A stretch of DNA of 64,000 bases from Trueperaceae bacterium (GTDB lineage Bacteria > Deinococcota > Deinococci > Deinococcales > Trueperaceae), in assembly GCA_965213925.1 (NCBI GenBank), contig CBDCAM010000001.1, positions 63,738-127,737 of the forward strand, given 5' to 3'. Within the stretch, counting starts at the first letter, position 1. Each line of letters begins with the position of its first letter. Of this stretch, positions 21,144 to 30,821 are shown one piece after another. The position numbers were made by a program, and so were the translations under genes. The notes under the pieces were generated by a model, which saw only the letters and a program-made list of their open reading frames with translations, searched no databases and was not told the origin of the DNA.

Positions 21144-22772
21144 TCAGCCCTTCTCTTTTAACTGCATCCTGAGCTTTCCCGCCTTGGTCACTTCCACGCT
21201 GAAGCTGTCTACCCCGCCCAGCAGGTGCTGGACGTCTACATCGTTAGGGAACTCGAGCACTAACTTCTGCCCTTCTAGGCTGGCCGTGGCCGAGGTGTTG
21301 AAGCGCACGAGCTTCGTTCTCCTCTTGTCGCCGCTCGCTGGTTCGGCCTCCCGCTTCTGCTCGAGCTTTTCATAATGCGTGGGCGCGCTCAGGTCGAGCT
21401 CCTCGCCGTTGGGCGGCCAGTCTACGTGTGCGCTCTTCTTTAAGAGGCTGCCAAGCGCGTGCCTCGAGCCCCCGTCCCCGTGCACCAAGATGACGCGCTT
21501 AGGGCTGTAGCGCTTGATTAAGGACACCAGCCCGCCCGCGTCGGCGTGGCCGCTGAAGGAGAAGGCACCGAGGCGGCAGTGAACCGGCACGGCCTCGAAG
21601 CTCCCGCCGGGGCCGGTGGGTAAGCTCACCTCTCCCCCGCTCTCGGTGAGTTCCAAGAAGCGTTTGCCTGGCGCACCCTCGTCCTGGTAGCCCACAAAGG
21701 CCAGGAGGTTCTTCTCACTCTGGACGAGGGGCTTGGCGTACATAGGCGACACCCCGGCGGTCAACATACCTGAGGAGGCGATGACGACCATCGGCTCCTC
21801 GCTGTGGATGAGCCCTTGCCGTTCGCGGTTGGTCTTGACCGACAGGAGTGTGTCCGGGTAGAGCGGGTTGTTGCCGCTGTTCTTAGCACGGTTCTGTAAG
21901 GCACTGGGTAAGACCCCGAACAGCTCGGTCGCCAGCGCCTCGTGGACCTTTCGCACGAGGCCGTCCAAGACGATGGGCACTTTGGGAATGAGGCCACCCT
22001 GCATGTGGTCGGCCAGCGTGAGGGCCACTTCGGTACTCCTGCCCAACGCGAAGGCGGGTACGAGTACCCGGCCTCCTCCTTCAAGCGTCTTCCCTACCGT
22101 CTCGGCGAAGCGGCGCACCTCGCTCTTGCGGCTCGTGTGCGACACAGTGTCGCCGTAGGTGCTCTCGCATACCACCACGTCGTAGGTCGCGGGGGGGTCG
22201 GGCACATAAGCTGCCTCGGTGGTGTAGCCAGAAACGTTGCTCACGTCGCCCGTATGGAACACGCGGCCTTCTTTGGCCTCGAGCCCGTACGAGACCGCGC
22301 CGACCAAGTGGCCCGCTGGGTAGGGAGTGACCACCACCTCACCAACAACGAGGGTCTCGCCGGGAGTAACCGTACGGACACGCGACAAGGCAAAGGTCAC
22401 GTCCTCTAGCTCATAAAGCGACGCACCCTGACTTTTTTGCACCTTGACCGCGTCCTTGAGCATCTCGAGCGCGATGCGGGCGGTGGCGGGGGTGGCATAG
22501 ACGGGGGCGTGGGGAAAGCGCCTTACAACCAGTGGCAGCGCGCCGATGTGGTCGCTGTGGGCGTGGGTCAGCAGGACGGCGGCGGGCGGATGAGCAAGTA
22601 GCCCCAGCTCGGGCAGCGAGGCCTCGCCCAAGGCGTTGGGTCTAACCCCCGCGTCGACGAGCAGGCGCGTCTTGCCAAAGGTGTAGAGGTAGCACGAGGC
22701 ACCGACGAGGTAGCACGAGGCACCGACTTCGCTGGTGCCGCCCAGGCCTAAGAAGGTGAACTCAGGTGCCAG
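21144..22772 (-). CDS. MBL-fold beta-CASP nuclease (CPSF73/TTHA0252-like); start apparently non-canonical CTG
   Basis: LGG.SEVGASC, LLVDAG, THAHSDH, GHLVGA, TGD, ESTYG, PAFALGR, SGHAD, VHGD. Confidence 0.88.
   Translation of the reverse strand: MAPEFTFLGLGGTSEVGASCYLVGASCYLYTFGKTRLLVDAGVRPNALGEASLPELGLLAHPPAAVLLTHAHSDHIGALPLVVRRFPHAPVYATPATARIALEMLKDAVKVQKSQGASLYELEDVTFALSRVRTVTPGETLVVGEVVVTPYPAGHLVGAVSYGLEAKEGRVFHTGDVSNVSGYTTEAAYVPDPPATYDVVVCESTYGDTVSHTSRKSEVRRFAETVGKTLEGGGRVLVPAFALGRSTEVALTLADHMQGGLIPKVPIVLDGLVRKVHEALATELFGVLPSALQNRAKNSGNNPLYPDTLLSVKTNRERQGLIHSEEPMVVIASSGMLTAGVSPMYAKPLVQSEKNLLAFVGYQDEGAPGKRFLELTESGGEVSLPTGPGGSFEAVPVHCRLGAFSFSGHADAGGLVSLIKRYSPKRVILVHGDGGSRHALGSLLKKSAHVDWPPNGEELDLSAPTHYEKLEQKREAEPASGDKRRTKLVRFNTSATASLEGQKLVLEFPNDVDVQHLLGGVDSFSVEVTKAGKLRMQLKEKG
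22686..22727. repeat. Perfect 21-bp tandem duplication (VGASCYL x2)
   Basis: GAGGTAGCACGAGGCACCGAC at 22686-22706 and 22707-22727. Confidence 0.95.
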
Positions 22773-22908
22773 ATTTATCCCTTCTCTTCCTTATTTTCTC
22801 AGACTTCTTCTAAGTCCTAAATTGCTCAAGTGAAATCTTACTGGTCGCTGTTAGAAAACAGTTTTTATCGTCTCAAGCTCCTATGGTGGCAGGGCTACGG
22901 TACCTTAG

Positions 22909-23844
22909 CTAGACCGGCTCCTCACTAAAGAGCACCTCGAGCTCCGAAAGGAGTTTCTCCGCCCGCTTTTTGGACTTACCCTCTAGCCGCTCGAGCTTCC
23001 TTGGTGTGAGACTTCGCCTTAGCCGCGCTAGCCTCTCCGTCATCGGGTTGGCCGTCACCGCCCCATGTACCTTCACCTCCTGCTTCAGCTCAGCGAGACT
23101 CAGGTTTTCGGATAGCGCTCGCGCCAACAGGGCATTCCGCGCCTCATCGTCCCTCACCTTGGCGAGTTCGCGCGCCTTGGTGTGGTGGAGCCGTCCCAAG
23201 CGGACCGCCTCGAGCACATCCCCCGGCAGTTTCAGAAGAGGCAGGCGGTGGGTGTAAAAAGAGCCCGGAGTGAGGCGTCCCAGGAGCGCGAAAAGTACCT
23301 CAACCTCCTCCCGCTCCTCCCTGGAAACAGCGCTGTTTCCAGCGTCGTCGAGGGTGCCGCTCCTCCCTCGCCCCTCGTCGTAGAGCTGGCGAATGATGGT
23401 AATCACATCCTCAGTGGGCTTCCCCAGCCGCGCGCCGAGGAGGCGCAACACCGCGTCAGTCTCCTCTACCGGGTTCAGGTCCTCGCGCTGGAGGTTTTCT
23501 AGCAAGGCGAGTTCGAGCGCCTCCTCACCAGTCAACTCGCGGACCACAGCGGGCACCTCCTCGAGCCCTGCTAAGGTTGCCGCGCGGTAGCGCCGCTCCC
23601 CGGCCACGAGTTCGAAGGTTCCGCCAGGCAGCGGGCGCACGAGCAGAGGCTGCAGCACTCCGCGCTCCCTTATGGAGGCGGCGAGACTCTGGAGCTCCGT
23701 CTCGCCGAAGTAGCTGCGGGGCTGGTCCGGATTGGCCCGTATCTGCGAAAGCGGCACCATTTCCCCTGCGGCAGCTGGGGCCTCACCGAAGAGGGTGTCG
23801 AGCGCCTTGAGCTGACCGCCGTAAGGCTTCTCCCCTTTTTTCAT
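22909..23844 (-). CDS. parB: ParB/Spo0J partition protein
   Basis: NPDQPR, GVLQPLLVRP, AGERRYRA, ENLQREDLNPVEE. Confidence 0.95.
   Translation of the reverse strand: MKKGEKPYGGQLKALDTLFGEAPAAAGEMVPLSQIRANPDQPRSYFGETELQSLAASIRERGVLQPLLVRPLPGGTFELVAGERRYRAATLAGLEEVPAVVRELTGEEALELALLENLQREDLNPVEETDAVLRLLGARLGKPTEDVITIIRQLYDEGRGRSGTLDDAGNSAVSREEREEVEVLFALLGRLTPGSFYTHRLPLLKLPGDVLEAVRLGRLHHTKARELAKVRDDEARNALLARALSENLSLAELKQEVKVHGAVTANPMTERLARLRRSLTPRKLERLEGKSKKRAEKLLSELEVLFSEEPV
23321..23342. promoter_or_regulatory. Candidate parS inside parB
   Basis: Perfect 22-bp palindrome CTGGAAACAGCGCTGTTTCCAG. Confidence 0.55.
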
Positions 23845-24602
23845 ATGGGAACGCCTACAAGCCCCCCCGCGATACGGTCGAGAACTCCAACCGCCGGGTG
23901 TCTGGGATCGTAAATAGCCAGCGGTAGCCGCGCCTCGGCTGCGTCGGCGAGCGCGGTAGACCGCGGGATCGGAGGGAACACGGTGGCGACGGAAGAAAGT
24001 TGTTCTGTGATGGCGGTGAGGGTGCGCTCGTCTTGTGAGTTACGCCCGTCGAACATTGTCGGTACGAAGCCCGCAACAGCGAGCGTGCGGTTAGGCCGTG
24101 CCCGCACTCGTGAGACGGTTCGCAGGAGCAGATCAGTTCCCTGGAATGCCTTGAACTGTGTCTGGATGGGGACAAGCACCGCCTGGGCAGCGACGAGTGA
24201 GATGTAGGTGAGAATGCCTAAACTCGGCGGGCAATCCACCAGCACCACGTCGAAATCCGCCGTAAGGGGCGCGAGCGCGTCCTTAAGGCGGAGGTCACGC
24301 ATGTCAGCCACAACCAGCTCGAGCTCAGCGGCGCTCAGGTTGATGTTCGAGGGCGCGAGTGACAGGCCGTGCAGGTCGTGCTGGAGCGGTAAGGGCGAGC
24401 CGTCCACCACCGCGTCATAAACTGTACGCTCCAGCTCGACAGGGTCGAGTCCCATGAAGAGCGTGAGCGAGGCCTGCGGGTCCATGTCGACGAGGAGCAC
24501 CCGCAGGCCTCGCTCGGCCAAGGCGTGGCCTAAGTTCATCACCAGCGTGGTCTTACCTACACCGCCCGCCTGATTGAACACCGTCACCACACGGGCGCCC
24601 AC
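23841..24602 (-). CDS. parA: ParA/Soj partition ATPase
   Basis: NQAGGVGKTT, VDMDPQAS, DCPPSLG; stop overlaps the parB start. Confidence 0.95.
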   Translation of the reverse strand: MGARVVTVFNQAGGVGKTTLVMNLGHALAERGLRVLLVDMDPQASLTLFMGLDPVELERTVYDAVVDGSPLPLQHDLHGLSLAPSNINLSAAELELVVADMRDLRLKDALAPLTADFDVVLVDCPPSLGILTYISLVAAQAVLVPIQTQFKAFQGTDLLLRTVSRVRARPNRTLAVAGFVPTMFDGRNSQDERTLTAITEQLSSVATVFPPIPRSTALADAAEARLPLAIYDPRHPAVGVLDRIAGGLVGVPI

Positions 24603-24869
24603 TACCGCACCGCCGCTTCGATACCTGAGTTAAGGGCAGAGATCCAACTGAAGGGCTTGAGGCGCGTCGAAAAACTCGCAAAAGTTTCCTGGTATGCGGC
24701 AGACACGCGCCCTAAACCATAGAGCGCCGCTGAGGTAGTGTGTTGCATGAGCTAGTGTAGCATTTAGCGGCAAAGACGTAGGGGAGAGTTGATGAAGTTT
24801 TTGCACCTGGATCTCAAATTCTCTCCCACATCGAAAAATCCTTCCGGTCGCTTACATCCTTTATGAGCA

Positions 24870-25443
24870 GGGGAGATATGTCGGTCTGACACCTCGTAAA
24901 GTTAAAAGGGGAGAAATGTCGGTCTTCCTAATTGTGACTTAAGGATTTTTTATGGAGATGAAAAAACGCGTGAGGCACGCTCTGTATCCTTTGGCAACTG
25001 AGCTACAGCGGCAACAGCCCTAAATGAAAAGGGGGTAAAACCCGGTCAACGGCGGCATCATTTTTATTTTGTGCGTCGGTTCATGGGGTCTCCGGAACGC
25101 GATTAACACCTAAGGCCGGGAATTCTCCCTTTTTCAAGGTGGCTCTGCGTGTTCACTACCTCCTTGATATGTAACGACCTAATTGCAGGTGTTGAAGGAA
25201 TCTTAAAAATCCAGCACCATAGAAGAGTCTTTGATGATGTTTTACATACTTTAAATCTTTGTTCTTTTCTCGATGTCAGAAGGATCGTCCCACACGCATT
25301 TCCCACGCACTACTAAGGGAGAAAACCCGGTGACTACAGGGAGGCTTCCCGGCCTTGATGGGGAGCAATCTCGGCTTTGCCGGAGGAAAATGACGGGTTC
25401 GAGCGCGTAAGATTCCGGTCTAAAAGGGGGTAAATGTCGGTCT
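24870..25443 (+). repeat. Iteron origin of replication (oriV)
   Basis: An 18-mer like GGGGAGAAATGTCGGTCT occurs at 24870, 24908 and 25031, inverted at 25113, and as six copies at an exact 22-bp period (25316, 25338, 25360, 25382, 25404, 25426) beside an AT-rich tract, directly upstream of rep. Confidence 0.85.
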
Positions 25444-25540
25444 GCTTAGCAACCGAAGTGGGGATATGGCGAGTTTGAGTCCTTAATTACAAACGGTGAA
25501 GAGGAAAATGCTTGAACCGACTCCCGCTTTAGGTTAAACT

Positions 25541-26956
25541 TTGTTTACCGTCGGAGGAAAAGCCGTGGCTAGTTCCCAGGTTGGTACTAAACTCGAGCGA
25601 ATCACACAGAGTAATGACCTCGCGCGCGCCGCCCAGGATCTTGACTTAAATGAAAAACGCCTGATTTTATATACCATCGCCCAGATTAAGCGGGGTGATA
25701 AAGAGCTGTTGCGTCACCGCTTCTATCTCAGCGACCTCGCGCGTATCTACGGCACCAACCGCCATGACATCTATAAGCTCGCCAACGACATCACAACCAG
25801 CCTTTTAAGACGCGTCATCTACATCGAAACCGGTCAAGGCTGGAAAAAGTTTCAGTGGACCACCCTTGCAGAGTATGTAGACGGTGCTAGCAGCAAAAAT
25901 GGTGCTTACGTCGACGTCAGGCTCAACCAGGAACTCGAGCCCTACCTCATCGAGCTCAGCGAGCGATTTAACAGCATTCCGCTTGACGAAGCCCTCGACA
26001 TACCCAGCTTCAATAGCTTGAGGCTTTTTGAACTCTTGTGGCACGACTCGCACGCGGGCCACAATACGGTGGTCGAGTACCTACTCGACGACCTTAAGGT
26101 CCGCCTCGGTTTGAGAGAGATCCGCGGCAAATGGGAAAAATACAAGTCTTTCAAAGATTTCCGCACTGTGCTGGATAAAGCTCGAGAAGACATGGCCGAG
26201 TTCACCTCCCTCCGCATGTCTTATAAACCCGTTCGGAGCGGTCGCAAGTACACCCGCCTGCGCTTCATCATCGAACGCTCCGCCCCCGCCACCAGCAAGC
26301 CAAAAAGCCCCCCCACCTTAGAGCCTACGCAGCTCGCCGAGCACCAGCTCCTCGCCCGAGAGCTCGAGGCAGCGGGCTTCACCCAAAACCCCTTCGATAC
26401 CATCGAGCGCTACGGCCCGGACGTGGTGGCGCGAGTGCTCAAGAAAGCCAGAGCGGCCGAACGCCGCGCGAACTTCACCAAAAGCCCCATCCAAAACCTC
26501 GGCGGGCTGATCACCTGGATGCTGCGGAGCGGGGTAGGGGAGGGCGCGGACGAGGAGGCCGAAGCGAAAGTTGGCGACGGCACGCTTAGTGAGAGCGACG
26601 TCAACACCTACGCCGAAACCCTGCGCGACGCCTACGCCGCGGCTCGCGCCGAGCACCTCGAGGCGTACTGGCAAGCTCTAAACGATGAAGAGCAGACCGA
26701 GCTGCATGACATCATGAAGGTCGTGCTCGACCGCCACACGCTGTCGCTTCTTGGCAAAGCCGACTGGCGCGGTCTTGTCTACGAAACCGCGCGTAACCGG
26801 GCGCTCATCATCCAGGGCCTTGTCGAACTACCGGAGGACCTTAACTCTATCGCGGGCTACCTCGAGAAGCACTTTACTTTCGACGTGAGCGAGCGCGAGC
26901 GTGAGCGCATCATTAGCGCCACTATCGCACTCGAGGGTGGGGAAAGCACTTACTGA
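25541..26956 (+). CDS. Plasmid replication initiator, Rep_3/RepB family
   Basis: QSNDLARA..DL...EKRLI, L.PYLIEL..RF, SLRLFELL, Y..F..F...LDKA..D, GRK...L.F; iterons upstream. Confidence 0.88.
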   Translation: MFTVGGKAVASSQVGTKLERITQSNDLARAAQDLDLNEKRLILYTIAQIKRGDKELLRHRFYLSDLARIYGTNRHDIYKLANDITTSLLRRVIYIETGQGWKKFQWTTLAEYVDGASSKNGAYVDVRLNQELEPYLIELSERFNSIPLDEALDIPSFNSLRLFELLWHDSHAGHNTVVEYLLDDLKVRLGLREIRGKWEKYKSFKDFRTVLDKAREDMAEFTSLRMSYKPVRSGRKYTRLRFIIERSAPATSKPKSPPTLEPTQLAEHQLLARELEAAGFTQNPFDTIERYGPDVVARVLKKARAAERRANFTKSPIQNLGGLITWMLRSGVGEGADEEAEAKVGDGTLSESDVNTYAETLRDAYAAARAEHLEAYWQALNDEEQTELHDIMKVVLDRHTLSLLGKADWRGLVYETARNRALIIQGLVELPEDLNSIAGYLEKHFTFDVSERERERIISATIALEGGESTY

Positions 26957-28040
26957 CGCTCATTCCCTATTTCCCTGCTACATACTCCACCTACTAAAAC
27001 AGGAATCCTTAACCCCCCTCCTACAAAACAATTAGCTTCAGAGCTCCCACCCTTTTCCCCTCACTCCTCTGGTTTAACCTTTTGGCTTACCAAACAGACA
27101 ATCAGAGACCCCTCGAGCTTGCACACAAAAAGTGGACGACCTGGTGAAGCTCGAGCTCCTCGCAATGCTCGGGAACTTTGGAATTTTCGTCAAAAAACTA
27201 TAGCGGGTGGCAAGAAGCGGTGATCATCTTTGTTTCAGGACTCGAGCTTCCACTTCCAAGCTCCAACCCTCGAGCCTCCCTCCTCAAAGGCCAACCTCAT
27301 GGTTTAACCTTTAGGAAACCGTAGGGTTAGGGGAGAATGGGGCTGTACAGGAACTTTTCTGAGAAGTAAGGGTTAAGGGAGCTTTAGAAGTGTACTTGAA
27401 TAAGGCTCGAGCCCTTAATGAGTAGGGGAGAGGGCTCGAGCCCCTGGAGGAGCGGGCAAAGGCTGTGTTCGCCTGTCAATGCCGCACCAGCAGCCGTGCC
27501 TGCCCGTTGAACTCAAGCCTTAGCACTTCGGCCAGACATTTGAGGTGGCTTAAGCTCGCCGTCTCGTAGCGGCTCGCCTCTTACCGCTTCTACTGTTGGC
27601 GCACTGTTCGTGATACGGGTGGAGGACGCGGGGAGGATTGGAGCTAAGCGTTGAGTGAAGGGTACTCGAAGGGGCGGAACCCGAGTCGTCCGGGCTTCGT
27701 GAATCGGGGGCGGGATAGGGGGGAGGTAACTCTGGTTTCAGGTCCTCGAGCCCGAGCGATCAGCGGATGCTCAATTATCGAGCGAAACGCCGCTAAGTCC
27801 GGAACGCGTTCCAGTTGTTGCTGCGTTGATCTTCTAATGGACTCGAGCCCTAGTCCCTCCCCTTGGTAGGTTCACCTTTTGGTTTTCCGGTTGGAGAAAC
27901 CTATGGGAGAGGCTAAGGTCTTCAGGCTGGTGTCTCTAGGGGGCTCGAGGGGGTGCTGGGGAGTGTTGAAGGTTTCCTATTTTTATATACGGGTATTATC
28001 TAGGGTAATGATATGCTCGAGCCTTTGGAAACATAAGGGG

Positions 28041-28289
28041 TTACGGCGGCGTTACCTCCCATACCGCCTGTAGCGCTGTGAGTAGGGCCTGCGCGAGGTC
28101 GTGACGTTCTCGCCACAGGCCGCTGGGCACGAGGATGTGGATGAGGTCTTGCGTGGCGGTGGAGAGGGTGCTGTGTTCCTCGAGAATGGTGGCGACGTAG
28201 GAGAGGTTCGTCTGGTTGTCGCGCTTGGGGTCGGGGTCGCCTATCCAGAGGAGCCTCTCTAAAGCGTCGGCGAGTTCAGTGTCACTCAT
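28041..28289 (-). CDS. Hypothetical protein
   Basis: 82-aa ATG ORF co-oriented with its neighbours. Confidence 0.5.
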   Translation of the reverse strand: MSDTELADALERLLWIGDPDPKRDNQTNLSYVATILEEHSTLSTATQDLIHILVPSGLWRERHDLAQALLTALQAVWEVTPP

Positions 28290-28340
28290 GGTGTGTTGTG
28301 AGAAGGGCTCGAGGGTGCGGTGTCCGCGGAGAGAGGCGTT

Positions 28341-28646
28341 TCATGGTTTGTCTGCGGTCGCACTCGGAGACTCGGGCAAAGGTGTCGGCCGCTTGAAGGT
28401 GAGTTCCTGCTGGTCTTGCAGCGTGTGGAGGCCCCACAGGAGCGCCTTGTTGAGCCAGAGCTCTTGTTCGGTCCAGCAGGTGCTGGTGAGCAGCGCCTCG
28501 CTGAGGTCTTTGAGCGCCCGCAGGTACAGGTCGCGTTCTTCGAGCAAGCTTTTGAGCCTTTTGACAGTTTCCTGGGGAGTGGGGTCTGTTTCCACTTCGC
28601 CCCAGATGAGGCGGGTGGTGATGACGGTGAACTCGAGGTCGTTCAT
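28341..28646 (-). CDS. Hypothetical protein
   Basis: 101-aa ORF with GAGG RBS; its start overlaps the stop of a 25-aa upstream ORF. Confidence 0.55.
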   Translation of the reverse strand: MNDLEFTVITTRLIWGEVETDPTPQETVKRLKSLLEERDLYLRALKDLSEALLTSTCWTEQELWLNKALLWGLHTLQDQQELTFKRPTPLPESPSATADKP

Positions 28647-28720
28647 TGAGCCGCCTCGACGATGTACTTTACATCTTTAGCCTTCGTAGCCGCGGTGCAA
28701 AAGACGGCTTCTGGTAACAT
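28643..28720 (-). CDS. Small 25-aa ORF MLPEAVFCTAATKAKDVKYIVEAAQ
   Basis: AAGGAG RBS, ATGA coupling to the next gene. Confidence 0.4.
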   Translation of the reverse strand: MLPEAVFCTAATKAKDVKYIVEAAQ

Positions 28721-28817
28721 AGAGTGCTCCTTGCGAGGAGTGAATTTCAGCGTGGGTGGTCGATCTGCCACGATTCAGCCCATCCACGCTGATACACCAC
28801 TATAAGCTACCTTTGAC

Positions 28818-28838
28818 ATGTATGTAAATGACATACAT
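28818..28838. promoter_or_regulatory. Putative operator in the divergent promoter region
   Basis: ATGTATGT-N5-ACATACAT inverted repeat between the HTH gene and the divergent small ORFs. Confidence 0.45.
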
Positions 28839-28901
28839 TGACGTGACACGTTCAAAGCTGACTTCTACCAGTGTGGCAGGTTATGTTGATAGGTTAGAGC
28901 C

Positions 28902-29156
28902 ATGTCTCACCCCGAGGTCGACTGGAAATTCAAAGCGTTGCTTGACCGCGAAGGTGTCACAGTTTACGCCTTGGCTAAAAAGTTAGCAGCAACTATGGAC
29001 GAGCCGCTGAGTATCCGAACGCTTTACCGTTGGGCTAACACAGTACCGAACAATCCGAGTCTAGAAGGGATCGTTTGGGTTCTCTGGGGGCTAGAGGAGC
29101 TTACTGGCAAAAGCTATGACATTGGCGATGTGCTCGAGTACCACAGGAAAGAGTAA
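28902..29156 (+). CDS. Cro/XRE-type HTH regulator
   Basis: WKFKALLDREGVTVYALAKKL...TLYRW...P.L......L..LTG....IGDVLEY. Confidence 0.8.
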   Translation: MSHPEVDWKFKALLDREGVTVYALAKKLAATMDEPLSIRTLYRWANTVPNNPSLEGIVWVLWGLEELTGKSYDIGDVLEYHRKE

Positions 29157-29257
29157 CAGAGGCTCTAGCCATGTGGAGCTGTAAGGCAAGCCGGTTCTGT
29201 AGCGCGTTTTGCCTTACAAAGGGGCAAAAGCGCCCGTTCCTACTGTCTTCGTTCCAC

Positions 29258-29725
29258 TCACTGGTGAGACGTTGATGCCTCGATAAGCTCGAGCGCCTCT
29301 TCCAGAACTTCGTCTCGACCCTCACGCACACCCTCGAGGGTGTGCTCAACCGGCACCGTGGGCCGAATACCGATGAGGTGGTGCTGCGAGCCGTCATGCT
29401 TGATGACGCGCATCCCCGTCCACCGGACCGTGTAGTCGCCGGGGAGGGTAAAGGGGTTCACGTTGCCGTTGGCCCCCGCCGTCGGTCCTCCGACGATGTC
29501 TCCAAGCTTGTAATATTCCACGATGCCCATGGCGCTCTCGGCGTAGGAGATGGCGCGCGCGTCGGTGAGGAAAACAATCTTGCCGGTGAAATATGGGGCC
29601 TTGGGAGGAAGCGTCCAGCGACCCGAGGTGTCGTAGCCAGCTAGGTTCAGCCCGTCCGGGTAGATGATCTCCGGCACCTCCCAGTGCGCCGAGCGTAAGG
29701 GCTTTTGCGTGAGGTAGCGCAGCAC
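29258..29725 (-). pseudogene. S41 peptidase C-terminal fragment
   Basis: AISYAE, VGGPTAGANGN, GIRPTVPV, GRDEVLE.A; N-terminal domains absent. Confidence 0.75.
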
Positions 29726-30821
29726 CTCATGGTTTTAGAGGCACATAGAAGGATAGGATCCGCTAACGGCCGATGTTTCTCCAAGCCGCACCGACTCCGC
29801 ACCGCCTATGAAGTTATGTGAAGTTATGCCTTGGAGCAGTTTTTCAGGTGCCGCCTGCACGAGAGCTTGGAGGCTTAGGGCTGACGCTTTGACCACCATG
29901 CCCGGCCCGACCATAAACCCGACCCCCTGCCTGTTTATGCTTGTGGAGAAAAGCTGCTTATCTCGGGCGTTACTCGAGGGGTCGCACTGGCTGTGAGGGT
30001 CGTCGGCAAAAGAACCGGGGGGAAGGACTTAGGGGTCCGGCGAGGCTCGCGCGCCCGCCTCGAGACCTTCAAAGCCGTGGCGCGGGGCCTGGCGGGACGA
30101 AAATGGCCCAAGCGAGAAGCGCAAAAAGCCGCCGATAAAGGCAGAAGAAGCGGGACCAAAAGACGCGTGAAGAGGCGGGTAAAGGATCGGGTTTTCCCTC
30201 TTTTGCTAAGAAAACGCGCGCGAAAAGCGATATTTGAGTTGCATTTTGAGCTCCGCGAAGAGCAGCTCGGGCGTGGATCGAGGGGTGTGTTGGAAGTGAT
30301 AAGAGGGTAAAAAAGTAGCCAAAAAGAGGACGCAATGACTAACTATTGACATAGTCTTGACCGAAGAAAAGTCCGAAACCTGTGGCACTCGGCGAGCGAA
30401 AGGGGCGTGAATCGAGGTGTCCCGATGTACTAAAATTCGGAGTGTATGTCATAGAAAGAGCTGCCCTAAGGAGGTCTATATACACCATGAGAAGAGATGA
30501 AAGGCGCAGATCTAAGCTTGCGCGGCGGAGGTAAAGGTGAGAGAACGCACGAGCCGGGAGGCGCGCGGCCGCAGCCCTCTCAAGCCGCGTTAAACTCCCC
30601 TGCCGGTCTTCAGGCCGGGACTTTGCGCGCCGGGCTTCAGGTTCGCCTCCGAAGTCACACCTTCGTCGAAACTAGGGGTTAGCCGTCCGGGGTGACCGGA
30701 TCTCCCTTACCGCCTCTGGTGGTGCGCCGGAGGACAAAGGGTCAAGAACCCCTAATCACCCCCGGCCGGTTTGGGAACCCCAAGCTGCCTGGACCCGAAA
30801 GGCAGAACCCGGTGAGCGTAG

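Noticed and set aside
24602..24748. 48-codon ORF whose stop overlaps the parA GTG
   Set aside because: No motif or RBS support; could be chance.
26957..28040. Non-coding kilobase downstream of rep as oriT
   Set aside because: Short palindromes and GGTTTAACCTTT repeats exist, but no recognisable nic site or relaxase is in the window.
29993..30310. Very basic 105-aa ORF
   Set aside because: No recognisable motif or clear RBS; may reflect purine skew. Left uncalled.
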